DNA of 64,000 nt from Carcharhinus longimanus (lineage: Eukaryota): contig JASCQW010000190.1 in NCBI GenBank assembly GCA_030264375.1, positions 36,734,400 to 36,798,399 on the forward strand, read 5' to 3'. The position numbers and the translations under genes are program-made. This document shows, piece after piece, positions 25,939-38,447 of the stretch; position 1 is the first letter of the stretch; each line of letters begins with the position of its first letter. Below the pieces are notes generated by a model, which saw only the letters and a list, made by a program, of their open reading frames with translations, was not told where the DNA came from and searched no databases.

Positions 25939-26636
25939 TCACCAAATATCCAGTATGGACAGACATCAGGATAACTTTGAAGCAGTCATCAAAAGAAACT
26001 TCTAACAAACTAACAGAGTTGTCATATTCAAAGACATTTCACACTGAAAAATTCTCATCCATAAAACCAATTCAAAATGTAAATCCACTCAAGTGGTCAA
26101 TCTGTTGTAAAAACAAACATTTAACCACTTATAACATCAAGGATAGACAGTCCTATAATTACCTCTTAAAACTATAAAAATGTGAAGACAGCCACCACCC
26201 CCCACCTGCCCCAAAATAAGCAGTTCTGGCCTTTTGAAACTCATCCAGGCGTTCACATCAATCAAAAAAACCCAAAAAATGCCAGCAAAGGAGTCATTTA
26301 AGTAAACTGCCTGCAAATCAATGTAGTGTAAAATAAATTTTGAAAATAAAAAGCTGGTAGCAGTAAACATGCCGATGGAACTGTCAGATTATCATAAAAT
26401 TCCAATTGGTTCACTTAACATCCTTCAGGAAAGGTGATCTCCCATCCTTATCCAGTCTAGCCTATAAACACTTCCAGTTTTACACCAATATTGACACTTA
26501 ACTCCCCTCTGGAGTGTGTTGTGGTCACATCATATATCTATACAGCTTACTGGAAGCTGAATACATTGGGTGGAATTGTACTGCCTGTCCACCACAGGAA
26601 TCGTAGTGTGCAGGACCCAAATCATGCAAAGGTGAC

Positions 26637-27000
26637 TTGATTTGATTTGATTATTGTCACATGTATTAGTTTACAGCGAAAAGTATTGTTTCTTGCACGC
26701 TATGCAGATAAAGCATACCGTTCATAGAGAAGGAAATGAGAGAGTGCAGAAAGTAGTGTTACAGTCATAGCTAGGGTGTAGAGAAAGATCAACTTCATGC
26801 AAGGTAGGTCCATTCAAAAGTCTGTTGGCAGCAGGGCAGAAGCTGCTCTTCAGCCAGTTGGTGTGTGATCTCAGACTTTTGTATTGTTTTCCCGACGGAA
26901 AATGGTGGAAGAGAAAATGTCTGGGTTGCACAAGGTCCTTACTGACTCTAGCTGCTTTGCCGAGGCAACAGGAAATGTAGACAGAGACAATGGATGGGAG
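26637..27000 (-). mobile_element. Rex1/Babar-like LINE 3' end
   Basis: GKAARVSKD..HFPSGKQYKSLRSHTNWLKSSFCPAANRLLNGP with a (tcaaa)n tail. Confidence 0.78.
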
Positions 27001-27009
27001 GCCAACCTT

Positions 27010-27058
27010 GGGCAGGATTTTCTGGTCTTGGGGCAAGTGCAGCTGGAAAATCCCGCCC
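27010..27058. mobile_element. 49-bp minimal MITE
   Basis: GGGCAGGATTTTC ... GAAAATCCCGCCC, a 12/13 inverted match. Confidence 0.65.
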
Positions 27059-27890
27059 ATTATCTTTAATTAAGCAGTCTGGATTATGGATACTGCACCT
27101 TGACACAGGGGACGAGTGACATATGTTTTGGTTTCTATACAGACAGGAATTAACGCTATGCCTCCACGTACGTCTGGAATGTCATTAAAATGTAAATGTC
27201 CTTCTCAAGTACCGATGACCACCTTTTCCATTTCAATAGAACATTAGGTTTGCTGGCCCCATGCAGATGGGATTTCAAATAAAGGCATTCAGGATGCTAA
27301 TCATAACTGGAATGTTGATGGGATATCAATCATTCCCACATTTTGTGTCAATTATATCTGCTGTCAACTCATTGCGCTGACAATGGAATGTAGCAATACT
27401 ATTGTCACGTGATCGAAACAGGCTGGAATGGACAATATCCTATTAGTCCACAAGGACTGGCCAGGGCAGGTCTGTCTGGAATACCCTGAAGGGAGGACTC
27501 TGCTTAAAAAGTTACCTTAGAATTGGGGTTTATGAGTTTTTACCAGTAAGATTAGTTAAATAGGATTAATTTTTCACTAAATGGGTTCAACCAACTTTGA
27601 CTGGAAAGCCAGGAGTGCGCTGTTTTTGGAGTAAATTCGTGTGAACTCACCACCTGAAACTTCCAACCTTTTTTTCTCCAATGCATCCTTCAGGCCTGCA
27701 ATGCTTCAACTACCGCTTGGTGAGTGGTTATAAATAAGGCAATTAAATATATGCTACATCTTTAGAAATCATTTTCCTTCTGTGTGTGAGAAGTGGGTGG
27801 TTGTTGCAATTACATGTCATGTGTTGTGCAAAATAAACATTTATCCTTTTCTTTTATTTGAACTTACAAGAAAGTTTGCTTCATATCTGT

Positions 27891-28078
27891 TAGAATCATA
27901 GAAACCGTACAGTGCAGAAAGAGGCCATTTGGCCCATCAAGTCTGCACCAACCACAATCCCACCCAGGCCCTATCCCCATATCCCTACATATTTACCCAC
28001 TTGACCCTCTAACCTATGCATCCCAGGACACTAAGGGACAGTTTAGAATGGCCAATAAACCTAGCCCGCACATCTTTG
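27891..28078 (-). mobile_element. HE1-like SINE 3' half
   Basis: tagaatcatagaaaccgtacagtgcagaaagaggccatttggcccatc...gcacatcttt. Confidence 0.8.
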
Positions 28079-29058
28079 AGTGTTCTTTAATGTCACAGCA
28101 CTCAAAGGGTTAACATGCTCCATCTTAAAAATATTTCTTATTATGAACAGTCAGGAGGTGAGAAAAAGGGGAAATTTTTACACATCTTTCCCTGTCCATA
28201 TCAAGTAGCCTAGAAAGCCACTCAGTGGTATCAAAACTTTAAGAAGGCAACTTTCTTGGAAAAAGCTGTGGATCGGCAATAAATGTGGGCCTCATCAAAA
28301 ACACAGACAAAACCTGAAAGATTTAAAGTGTAATTGCTAGAAATGACCATATTCTTGATTATTTTTAAGGCTTTAACCCATTCCTTACCAAAGTTATGGA
28401 ATGGAAATGGCAAACACTGTGGAACTTCAGGGATTAAAAATACCATGTTTAAATATAACTACAAAGTCATAGAAAGATTAAATAACCAGAAACTTTACTT
28501 TCTCATGCAAAATTTCAGCAGTTCAATCAATTAATCTCATTAGAAAAATGAATGTATAACCAGAATTTTACCACTCCACCTGCCACAGGAATCAGAGCGG
28601 GTGAGGGGCAGACACTGGACAGTCCTGTCTCTTGATCTCAGGTGCGATTTTACAGTTTTGGGACAAATGAGGCCATAAAATCCCACCCACGATGCTTGCT
28701 TTTCCAGAAGTGCAACAACACAAAACATGCTTCCTCAAGTGGTTAAAGGAAGTCTGTGATACACCAATCTGGGGAACTTTTGGCCCATTCAGTATCTGAA
28801 TCACTTCCATTTTATCAACAAAAGTTTAGAAAACTTCTTTAGTGGTGATGTTTCCATTATTCCTATAGATTTTGCCAGATTGCTGCTAAAGCCTTTGTTC
28901 ATCACTAAAACATTGTGAATTATAGGCATCACAAAACTTCAGTATCAATACCCAAGGAAGATGATTTTCACACCTAAATGAAATCACACTGATTGTCATA
29001 AGTACTTGAACCCATCACCTGATCATGCGAAAAGGACTCTGAACATCACAGAATTGAG

Positions 29059-30716
29059 TTAATCAGCTTTATCCAAAGAGTACAATGCTTAGAGGAACAA
29101 AACTAGACTTTTGCAATCCATTTAAATATGAAATTTATTTAACTTGTTTACTTCATAGAGATAACTGGCATTCAAAATGATAGAAAAGGGATTTGTGTTT
29201 GGAAACCTCATTCTCTTAAACATTCCCTTTTATTATTGAATTATGGTTGACTGTACTGCTAAAGAATCTATGTGCACACAGGCAAAAGATATATTAAACA
29301 ACGTCCTAGAGTTTTCAGAAAACAAAGACAAGCTGGCATTCTGGAATGTTTTCTTTTCCACAAAGCTATGGAGCACCATTGAATATTGAAGGCAAATGGA
29401 ATGTGACTTTCGTTTCATGTCACTCCCACATTAGAAATGAGACTTTGGCTAGTGTGCTGTCAACTACACGAAAATAAATAATGCTGCTTGGGACCATTCA
29501 GTCGTGTTTCCTGTTGTGAAGTGGGACCAAGGAGAAGTAATTATTTAGAAAAATATTTTCTTAACAGTTTCTCATCCTGGTAAATAATCACTTCCCCTCG
29601 GTCTCCTGTAACATCAGGGAACATTAGTGGGTGGTCCCCCATCATCTAGAGCACACATCTATTTTTCTGCTGCAGTGAGCAGACTAGCCGTAGCATTCCT
29701 GGTAAATTCTTCATTACTATAATGGCAATCACATTGATTTCCACCCTCCAATTCCTCTTGTAACAACTTTATGCTAACTATGATGTCCTTCTTCGTATAA
29801 TAGCTGGAACAATTGTCTTCCATAATGGTGGAAAATAATACAAACTGAATATTATAGCACATTTTCAAAGTCTCTGCCAAAAACCTTGAGTGAGGGCAAG
29901 AGATGGTAAATTAAGCTGTTTTATTGATCCTTCAACACATCCAAGTGGCCATTCTTCACTTTAGTCAGGTGAATTTCAACCATCAAATAGCCTAGAAAGA
30001 ATAGATTGCAGTTATATAGAGACTGAAAACATCTTGTCAAAGAACATCTTAGTCATTTTTCATTCATAGTTATGGCCAATCCCAAAAAGTTAATACATGC
30101 ACGAGGTTAACAGCAAACAGATAGCAAGTGAGCAGGACCACTTTCACAAGTGGTAACATTTACCATATGTGATAATGGCTATGAAGCCTTTGAACATGTT
30201 GCTGTCTCTGAATTGTCTGTCCAACTTTCCACCCTGCCACAGTGCAGAAACAGCCCTCAGCATTACATCCTACATGTTTGCTGTACATTTGGATTGCCCA
30301 GGCATGGCAAAGCACGCCATCCTCGTCCAATACCTTATGTACCAGTCATCCAGTTTGATGGGGTTGCCCTTGCCTTGAAGCATCCTTGCTGATCCAGTCA
30401 CAGCCATAGAGTCTCTGCAGTGGTTTCTCTTCCCTACCCTGCACCATTACATATGGAGTTCCCCCAAAGATCTGTCTTTGATACCTCTGTATTTCTTATC
30501 TACATGCTGCCCCTCAGCAACATTATTCCAACCCAAATTCAATGATAAAAGGGAATGTTTAAGAAAATAAGATTTCCAAACACAAATCTCTTTTCTATTA
30601 TTTTGAATGCTGGTTGTCCATATCAAATAAATAATTTAAATAAATATGTTTAAATGGATTGCAAAAGTTTGGTTTTCTTTATTTAAGCGTTGCACTCCTT
30701 GGATAAAACTGATTAA
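29059..30716. repeat. Inverted repeat pair with arms 29059-29249 and 30529-30716
   Basis: For example, cttttgcaatccatttaaa pairs with tttaaatggattgcaaaag, and gatttgtgtttggaaa pairs with tttccaaacacaaatc. Confidence 0.9.
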
Positions 30717-30900
30717 TGCAGGGTTTCACATTCATGTTACCAAATTCTACCTCATCACCACCCCTCTCATCTGTTCCACTGCCTCAAGTTTGTTTGACTA
30801 CCAGTTTTGGGTGAGCTGAAATGTTCTCCATTTAACTATTGGAACTGCAAACACCTTAGTCATCAGTCCTGACCACAACCTGTATTCCTATTTCATCCCC
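30375..30900 (+). mobile_element. L2 RT fragment interrupted by an inverted local copy at 30529-30716
   Basis: GVPQxSVxxPLxFLIYMLPLSNII lies before the insert. A decayed FHx..TKFYL / QLTIG continuation follows it. Confidence 0.7.
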
Positions 30901-32664
30901 TTACCCATTTTGGTCTAAATCAGGATATCAAACCTGAACCCTTATTTATGTGCATGGCAGGACTCAAGGTGCCATCTATTTAGCAACCAAGCTATTGAGG
31001 ACATTAACCACTCCCATTTCCTCTCCGATTGCATACTTCAGGAACGGCGAATGGTGATCTCAGAGTTACTGGGAGTGGGGGAGGTGGGCTGGTTCTCAAG
31101 CAGAGGATCCCTGAGCACTCCCCCCTTCTTCCAAGTATTAAGGCGAAGATAAATAAAAAGCAATTTTGCAAATTAAGACAAACTATAATAGAATCTCATC
31201 GGAAGAGTCATACAGTATATGAGTAATTTGTAGAGAATGCAGTATTGCACCAAGTCATATTCTGAAGAATGCTGAGAATAGATGCTTAGGATGTGGACTG
31301 ATTTCTTCAGTTCTGCACAATGTGTTTGGTACATGGAATGGAATATTCCTTAAATACTGTAAATAGTGACTGTCACAGTTTAATTTACATTTTAGAAATA
31401 AATACTGGCTTAACAATATTTTCTGCCAGAAATTCAAAGAAAATATCATGAATTATGTCATTTCATTGCTACACATTTCAGTGGACAACCTGTCTATCTG
31501 CACCTGAAATTCCTGAAAACACAGTTCATTTGACACAGCTGCTATAAGTTGGGATGGTGTTGGTTCAGAACATGGCTGTTAAAGAAGTCTTCAAAGTCTT
31601 CTTATTGCAAACACAAGACTTTATTAACAACTTGCAACAATACACACATAAGGTGCTATCTCCATCTTGGGTCTTAACTCATCTCTGGTCAGAACCACAC
31701 GGACCTTAGGCTGGGTCATGTGCCTTCTGATGTCACTGTGTGGGTGGTGCTGTGTTCAGTCTCACAATAAACTTGTAGAGAGCAGAACATTCCACTACAA
31801 TTGAGTACTGCATAGAACTGAACTAGGCCCCTGGAGGTGATGAAAAGGTCACAGTTCCGGATTGGAGTAGAGTTGTGAAGATTCTGCAGATCTTTAAAAA
31901 TGACAAATAGTGGTGGGACCTAGATGCCAAAGTCTTACCCCCATCTCTGACAGATACAAATGTTGCTGGCAGGGGAAGGGGCCAGAGGCATTACTCACAC
32001 AAGCGGGAAACACAAACTCAGCACCAACTTCAAATGACCCTTCTGAGTTCAAACAGACCATCATTCTGGCTGCTAGAAGGGCCTTAACCCATGGTGTAGG
32101 AGAGACAAATTGACGGAGTAGATGTACACACTTGAAGGACAGATAATGTCTATATAACTGTTGTGTTCTGAAGTCTTTAAATCCCTTGCTCTTTAAATAT
32201 TAAATAAACAGGTTGAAACTGTCACTGAGAATTTTAAGAAAATCCTCTGTTGGACTATTTTGATTGACAAATTAGAAAAGAATTGTCTTCTGTTTGTGCA
32301 GGTTGGATACTGGCCTAACAGCTTCTGAAACAACTGGATGAGTCCCAAGGAATCAAGGTAGGCCTCCTAATCAACTCACCTAGCACTTGTCTGTCCCCAT
32401 AGCTGCCTACGTTCTGCTTCTTGAGGTTGGCAAACTTGATTCCATCGGGAGCAAAAATTGTGCATTTCATAGCCTTTTTACCAAGGCAGGTCTGGTGAGT
32501 CAGGAAATTTCCTGACTCAAGCTTCCCGCCTCTGCAGTCAAAATTCAGCTCAGAGTGTCCATTGGTGACCTTCAGCTTAAGAACCTATTTAAGAACTCTA
32601 TGTAACTTTCCTTAGGGCACCTATATAGAATAACTTCCACTTTCAATCAACTTCTTAGATTCTT

Positions 32665-33695
32665 GGGCCGCGATTCCCCCATCCCAACCCACAACTTTTC
32701 TGGCGGGTCGCGGTGGGAGATGCGTGTCGCTGGCATTGTTCCACAATTTGCACATGCGCCCGAAACGCATGCGCATCTCCTAGAGCCAGCGAACAGTCAC
32801 CAGCCAGACCACACTGGAAACCGGCAGTAAGGCAGGTAAGTAATTTGAATTTTTTTTAATATATTTTAATTGTGCTTTGAATGTGATGATCAGGAACTTA
32901 CCGGTCCAGATTGAATCTCCCACCCCGCCAGGAGTACTTCATTCCGGCGAGGTTTAGAGTAGCTCCTCACATTTGGGGAACTAACAAGAAACCCTACCGG
33001 AATGAAGGGGAGGCAATTGGGGCCCCCCAGGAGGTAGGGTTATTGGGGGGGTGCTTCCTGGGCATGTGCCCTTTAGCACTGCCCAAGGGGAAAAGTACCC
33101 ATGCTCAGGGGGCACCTCGGCATTGCCATCGGGCATCAGGCAGTACCAGAGGGGTGAGGCTTATTGTGGGCAGAGCCAATTGCGGGTAGGACCTGGGAGG
33201 CAATTGGTGGGGGTGGGGACTCCCACTGCCACTCTGCATAGGGATCAGTCTGGGCTGGAGGGAGGCCAGAGATTGGGGCGGGCTGGGGAGAGTGGTCTGC
33301 CATTGGGGGGGGGAGGGTCTGCTGGGGTGAGAGAGAGGGTGGAGTGGGCTGGACATCAGGGCATTCCGGGGCAAGGGGGTCAGGGCTGGTCCGGGAATTG
33401 TTGTGGGGGCCATGATTGGGCAGTGGAGAAGGCTGGAGGGGCAGCACTGCGGGGGTCCTGGGCTGACCAGTGATTGAGCAGACTAACAGATCAGGACCAC
33501 TGTGCCTGTGCAGAATTCCAGAGCTGTCAGACTCTGGCGTGAATAGGCCCTGATCCTCCTGGGTTTTTAGTGAGATTCAAGATTGGGACCTTTGCATTGC
33601 AGAGTGGGGAGATTCGAGTGAGAAGTTGAACTGACAACTGTTGGGATCTAGAACAGTTTTCCTGCTGGTTCAGTGGTTTTGGGAGAATTGAAGCC
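32665..33695. mobile_element. ~1-kb GC-rich non-autonomous TIR element; related partial copy at about 35765-36330
   Basis: Ends are GGGCCGCGATTCCCCC and GGGAGAATTGAAGCC. It shares cactgccactctgcatagggatc with 36286-36310. Confidence 0.65.
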
Positions 33696-34890
33696 TTGAT
33701 TTGCACTCTAAAGCTGTAGCATTCTTTTTGTCACATGTACTAGGTGGTGTGCATTATATGTAATTTCTCTTAAAAATATTGCATCAAACAATTTAAACAT
33801 TCATTATTTAACTGGAGTCAGAATGGATAAGAAAGATCTCAATTTGCATTGGAAAACATAACTTTTTTCAGAGGAGGAGAAAGATTAACTAATTAGACTT
33901 TAGAATTTGAAAATATGCATTTAAGAAGTTCCCCTTTCCTTAAAAAACAATGACATCTCAAGGACAAACAGCTAGATGAAAATATGCTTTGTAGTAAAAA
34001 CATATGGAAAAGCATTTTACTTCGGTAATGAGAAATGAGAGTTTAATCCAAGGGTAGAGAGGTAAATTGAACTTCAATTGCGTGTAAGAAAGAGGGCCAG
34101 AGCTGGCTCAAAAGAGTCACTCAGCTAGATTCTTATGGACACATTATTTTCTACAAGGACCCCCACTTCACTGTGACAACAGCAAGATTAATGCATTGAA
34201 GCTGAGAGACAAGTGCCCATGAAATAGGCAGAATGAAGGGTTTGGACCTTGGCTGGAGCCCAGCTTCACTCAGCCACCCAGTTTTACTTTTCCTAAAATA
34301 TACAGGACACCAGAAAATAATTTATCATAATCAATAAAATCACCGCTTAGGAGCTAAATATTTTTCATAAAAGCTGCCCAAATAAATTAGTTAATGGTGT
34401 TATAGAATTCCAAAACTCTCTTTCCTACAATTATGATTAAAACCATTGAATAAACCATTGAATTCCTACAGGGCAGAAAGAGGCCATCCAGCCCATCAAG
34501 TCTGCACTGACTCTCTGAAAGGGCACCTTACCCTTTGAGTTTCGATGGCTGTCTGGATTATGGGAAATGTCTCCCTCGTTACTGACTCCTGCGGGTGATT
34601 TGTCTGTTTTTCACCTTCACCTCGGAGTGTGGCCATGCATTTTAAGCAGTCTGCTCCATCTCAGTTCAAATAGCAAAATTTTCAGTCAGTTGAAAGTTGA
34701 AAAATCAAATTTTCAAAAATAATGGAGCATTGCTTAATAGTACTTGTCCCCAGTATTCACCAATTCCAGGTGCTAGTTATCATTATGTCTCTGCATTTTT
34801 TACAATTAACAAATTACAAACATAATTTGTTTTTAGTAAATTGAACATTTATGAGCCATCACTATTTGCATACATTTACAATTTAAACAG

Positions 34891-34968
34891 GTGATGAAGG
34901 AGCTTGAGACCCCGAAAGCTAGTGCTGTCAAATAAACCTGTTGGACTTTAACCTGGTGTTGTGAGACT
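34891..34968 (+). mobile_element. Penelope-like terminal fragment fused to a minus-strand HE1 SINE piece (to about 35035)
   Basis: gtgatgaaggagc...ccgaaagctagtg...aataaacctgttggactttaacctggtgttgtgagact. It shares gact with the start of the SINE piece. Confidence 0.75.
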
Positions 34969-36429
34969 GTGGGAGGAAACCAGAGAACCCGGAAGAAACC
35001 CACGCAAACAGAGGGAGAACATGCAAACTCCACAGAGGCAGCCAGTTACAATTTAAAATTTAATCTTGTTGCAAAGTCATCCTACATGAGTCTGTGCACT
35101 TTCCATTACAGCAATAACACATACAATTCCATGAGATGACTAAACATGTGGCTACATGTTGGTTCATATGCAGTGATGTACACAGAGATGTGCACAAATA
35201 CTAAACATCCACTTTTTTCCACTGAGAACTATATCATAAAATCAACAGGAAATTGTATTCACATAAGCATCATTAACATAGTAAAAAGTCCCCAAGATGA
35301 TTCACTAGAATATGACCAGTTAAATATTGACTGTGAGCCAGAGTAGACGACATTAAGGTAGGTTAGTCAAAGATTTTAAAGAGTGTCTTAAAGGAGGAAA
35401 GAGAAGTGGAGAGATAGGGGGAGGGATTTGTTCACTATATATTACTCACTGTTGCTAAATTGATTATGCTGTGAAAGCCTGTTCCGACACTAACCATTTA
35501 ATTGAATGCCAAATATTGCATATCTTGGGGTACAAGATTGTAACTCAGCCAAAGTGAAGATGTCAAGTTTAGTTGAGAAAGCCTACCAAAGTAACTGAGT
35601 ATGAATGTTTATCAATTTGGAGACAAACATGTTACACAAGTTGCCTTTCTAACAGAGCTGTCCAAGAGAACTCTGACCAGTTTCAGGTGTAGCTATGATG
35701 GCACCATTTTAGTCACAAGCCCTACTTTAAATAAGAAATATATTACAAGACCCGGGGTGNNNNGGGGGGGTGATTCTCCCAGCCCGCTGCAAGAATCACC
35801 AGGAGACATTAGTGGAGGTCGTTTAGCAAGCTCTCGACTGGGCACCACAGCCTCTGCGCATCTCCCAGATGGAGGTTTTTGGAGTAATCAGCTCCACACC
35901 AGATTTAAATATTTAAATTTGGATTTCCATTTCATTAGCGAGCCCGGGACGGAAGTCTCCGGACCTGCTAGGGACCACCACCCCCACCCCCCAACTCCAG
36001 CAGGGTTTACAACAGCTCCTCACGAATGGGGAACCGGTGGCCAACCCAGCTGGACAGAACAGAAGCCATGGAGGCCCCGCAAAGTGGTTGGGGATAAGGG
36101 GGTGCCCGCTGGGCATTGCCAGCCTGGCAGTGCCAGCCTGGCACCCTGATACTGCCCAAGGAGCAAATTGGCAATGTGCAAGGGACACCTTGGCAATGCC
36201 CACTGGGCTTCGGGCAGTGCCAAGGGGCAGAGCCTATTGGGGCAAGGCCTATAGGAAGAGCGTTCATTGGGAGTGGGGGGTGTCACACTGCCACTCTGCA
36301 TAGGGATCGGTGACAGAGGGAGGGAAGGGGTGATCTGTGGCCAATATTTAGTTAAACATGGGCATGAATAAGAGTACTTCTCAGTAACCTGTGAGATTTA
36401 CATATTTGGAATATAGACCTCCAAGTGCT

Positions 36430-37190
36430 TTTTTTAATTTATGGGATGTGGACACTGCCAGCATTTATTGGTCATCCCTAGCTGTCCTTCAGAGGTGGTG
36501 GTGAGGGTGAACTGTCTTCTGAAACTGCTGCAGTCCCTGAGGTGTAGGTACACCCAGAGTACTGTTAAGGAAGGAGTTCCAGGATTTTGACCTGGTGACA
36601 GTGAAGAAAGGTGATATATTTTCAAGTCAGGATGGTGAGTAATGTGGAGGGGTGATTGTCCCTGTTATCTGTTCTTATCCTTCAAGATGGTGATGGTAAT
36701 GGTCATGGGTTTGGAAGGTACTGACAAAGGAACCTTGGTGAGTTCCTACAGTGCATCTTATAGATGGTACACATATCTGCCATTATTCATCTGTGGTGGA
36801 GAGATTAAATGTTCCTGGAAGGGGTAGCTATCAGGCATGCTAATTGTCCTGGGTGATGTCACACCTCTTGAATGTTGTTGGAGTTGCACTCATCCAGGCA
36901 AGTGGAAAGTATTCTATTACACTCCTCATTTGTGCCTTGTAGCTGGTGGACAGATTTTGCGAACCAGAGGGTGAGCCACTCACTACAGAATTCCTAGAAT
37001 TTGACATTCTCTGGGAACCACACTGTTCATATGGTTAATCAAATTCGGTTTCTGGGTAAATGCTAACCCCGAGGATGTTGATTGTGGAAGATTCAGCGCT
37101 GGTAATGTCATTGAATGTCAACAGACGATGGTTACATCCTCTCTTGTTGGAGATGATCATTGTCTGGCATTTGTGTGGTGTGAATGCTAC
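36430..37190 (-). mobile_element. CR1/L2-group LINE 3' part
   Basis: Reverse complement of the tail at 12640-12915 (cacaggattttgacc / gcactcatccaggcaagtgg family motifs), with a T-run at the left end. Confidence 0.85.
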
Positions 37191-38175
37191 ATACAGAACA
37201 AAGGATAGTATTTGAGCTCATGCTTGGGCACAGATGAGAGTGGATGACCATTGCATCATAGTGGTCTGGACCTCCAGAAGTGTTAACCCTGCAGTCATTT
37301 GACTGAAACTAACTTTCATTCTGAAATATCCTGAACAAAGAAAATCTAGCTGAGAAACATTTAAAACACCAAGAAGTATAATTTAACATCTGAAACATCA
37401 ACGTTCATAGCTGAAATTCTTCTAATGCAGCCAAAATACTACTCATTTACAAGAAGCTTCACAGCTTCATGAGAATCCATTAGCCTGCAACTTCCTGGCT
37501 CCCCAGCATCAGATTTGAAGGCTACCCCAAAGATGTGTGGGGAATCTTTCTGAGGAGTTGCCAGGTAAGGGTTTAATAAATGACTTTCTTTTTTTAAAAA
37601 AATCACCAAAAAGCCTGCTGTATGAACTTATTTTAAATTAGAAAATATCACTCTGAGGGTGAAGAAATGACCACCGTTTAGACGCAGGCATACTGATTAT
37701 GCATTGGAAGGTACCACATAAATTGTGTCCATTACAGAATTCTTAAGCTGTGCTGGCAAAAAAAAACAGGAATAAGGGGCCGGAATCCTGGTTTCAGGTC
37801 CCATCTGTCATTTTTAAAGGACTTGCGACTTGGTCCGACTCCATTAAGATCCGTGCCAGTGTATCTTGTGCAGCTTCTAGATTTCTATCCAGGAGTTGCA
37901 AGGGAAAGTTTGACATTATCAAAGCAATTGTTAAGAATGTTAATTCACATGAGATTTGCTCTTTATTCTCAAATGTATTCGGCTGCTGTTTCCCCTTTGC
38001 CGTGATATTCCATTTTAGAACTGCTCATTATTGACTGCGTTTTCTATATTCTGCTGACCTGAAGCAATTATTCTGATTGGTGAGCCAATCATAATGACAG
38101 CTCCTCTCTTCATACAATGCTCTTGAGGTTGCTGTTTAGTTTTACTCGTAACCGAGGAGGAAAAGCACTCACATT

Positions 38176-38447
38176 GTTTAAGTTTATTTATTAGTGTCGT
38201 AAGTAGGCTTACATTAACACTGCAATGAAGTTACTGGCGCCNNNNNNNNNNNNNNNNNNNNNNNNNNNNNATGGCCAATGCACCTAACCAACATGTCTTT
38301 TGAATTGTAGGAGGAAACCAGAGCACCCAGAGGAAACCCATGCAGACAAGGAGAAAATGTGCAATCTCCACACAGACAGTGATCCAAGCTGGGAATCGAA
38401 TCCAGGTCCCTGGTGCTGTGAGACAGCAGTGCTAATCACTGTGCCAT
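38176..38447 (-). mobile_element. HE1/V-SINE-like SINE, same tail as the 18250 copy
   Basis: tRNA-like head, V-domain core and tail gtaacttcattgcagtgttaatgtaagcctac. Confidence 0.85.

Noticed and set aside
31558-31799. Possible solo LTR (TGT...ACA with AATAAA on the minus strand)
   Set aside because: No convincing TSD or primer-binding site, and the boundaries are ambiguous.
32911-36313. Clusters of Pro/Gly-rich ORFs
   Set aside because: They lie in GC-rich non-autonomous TIR elements where stop codons are rare, and have no protein motifs.
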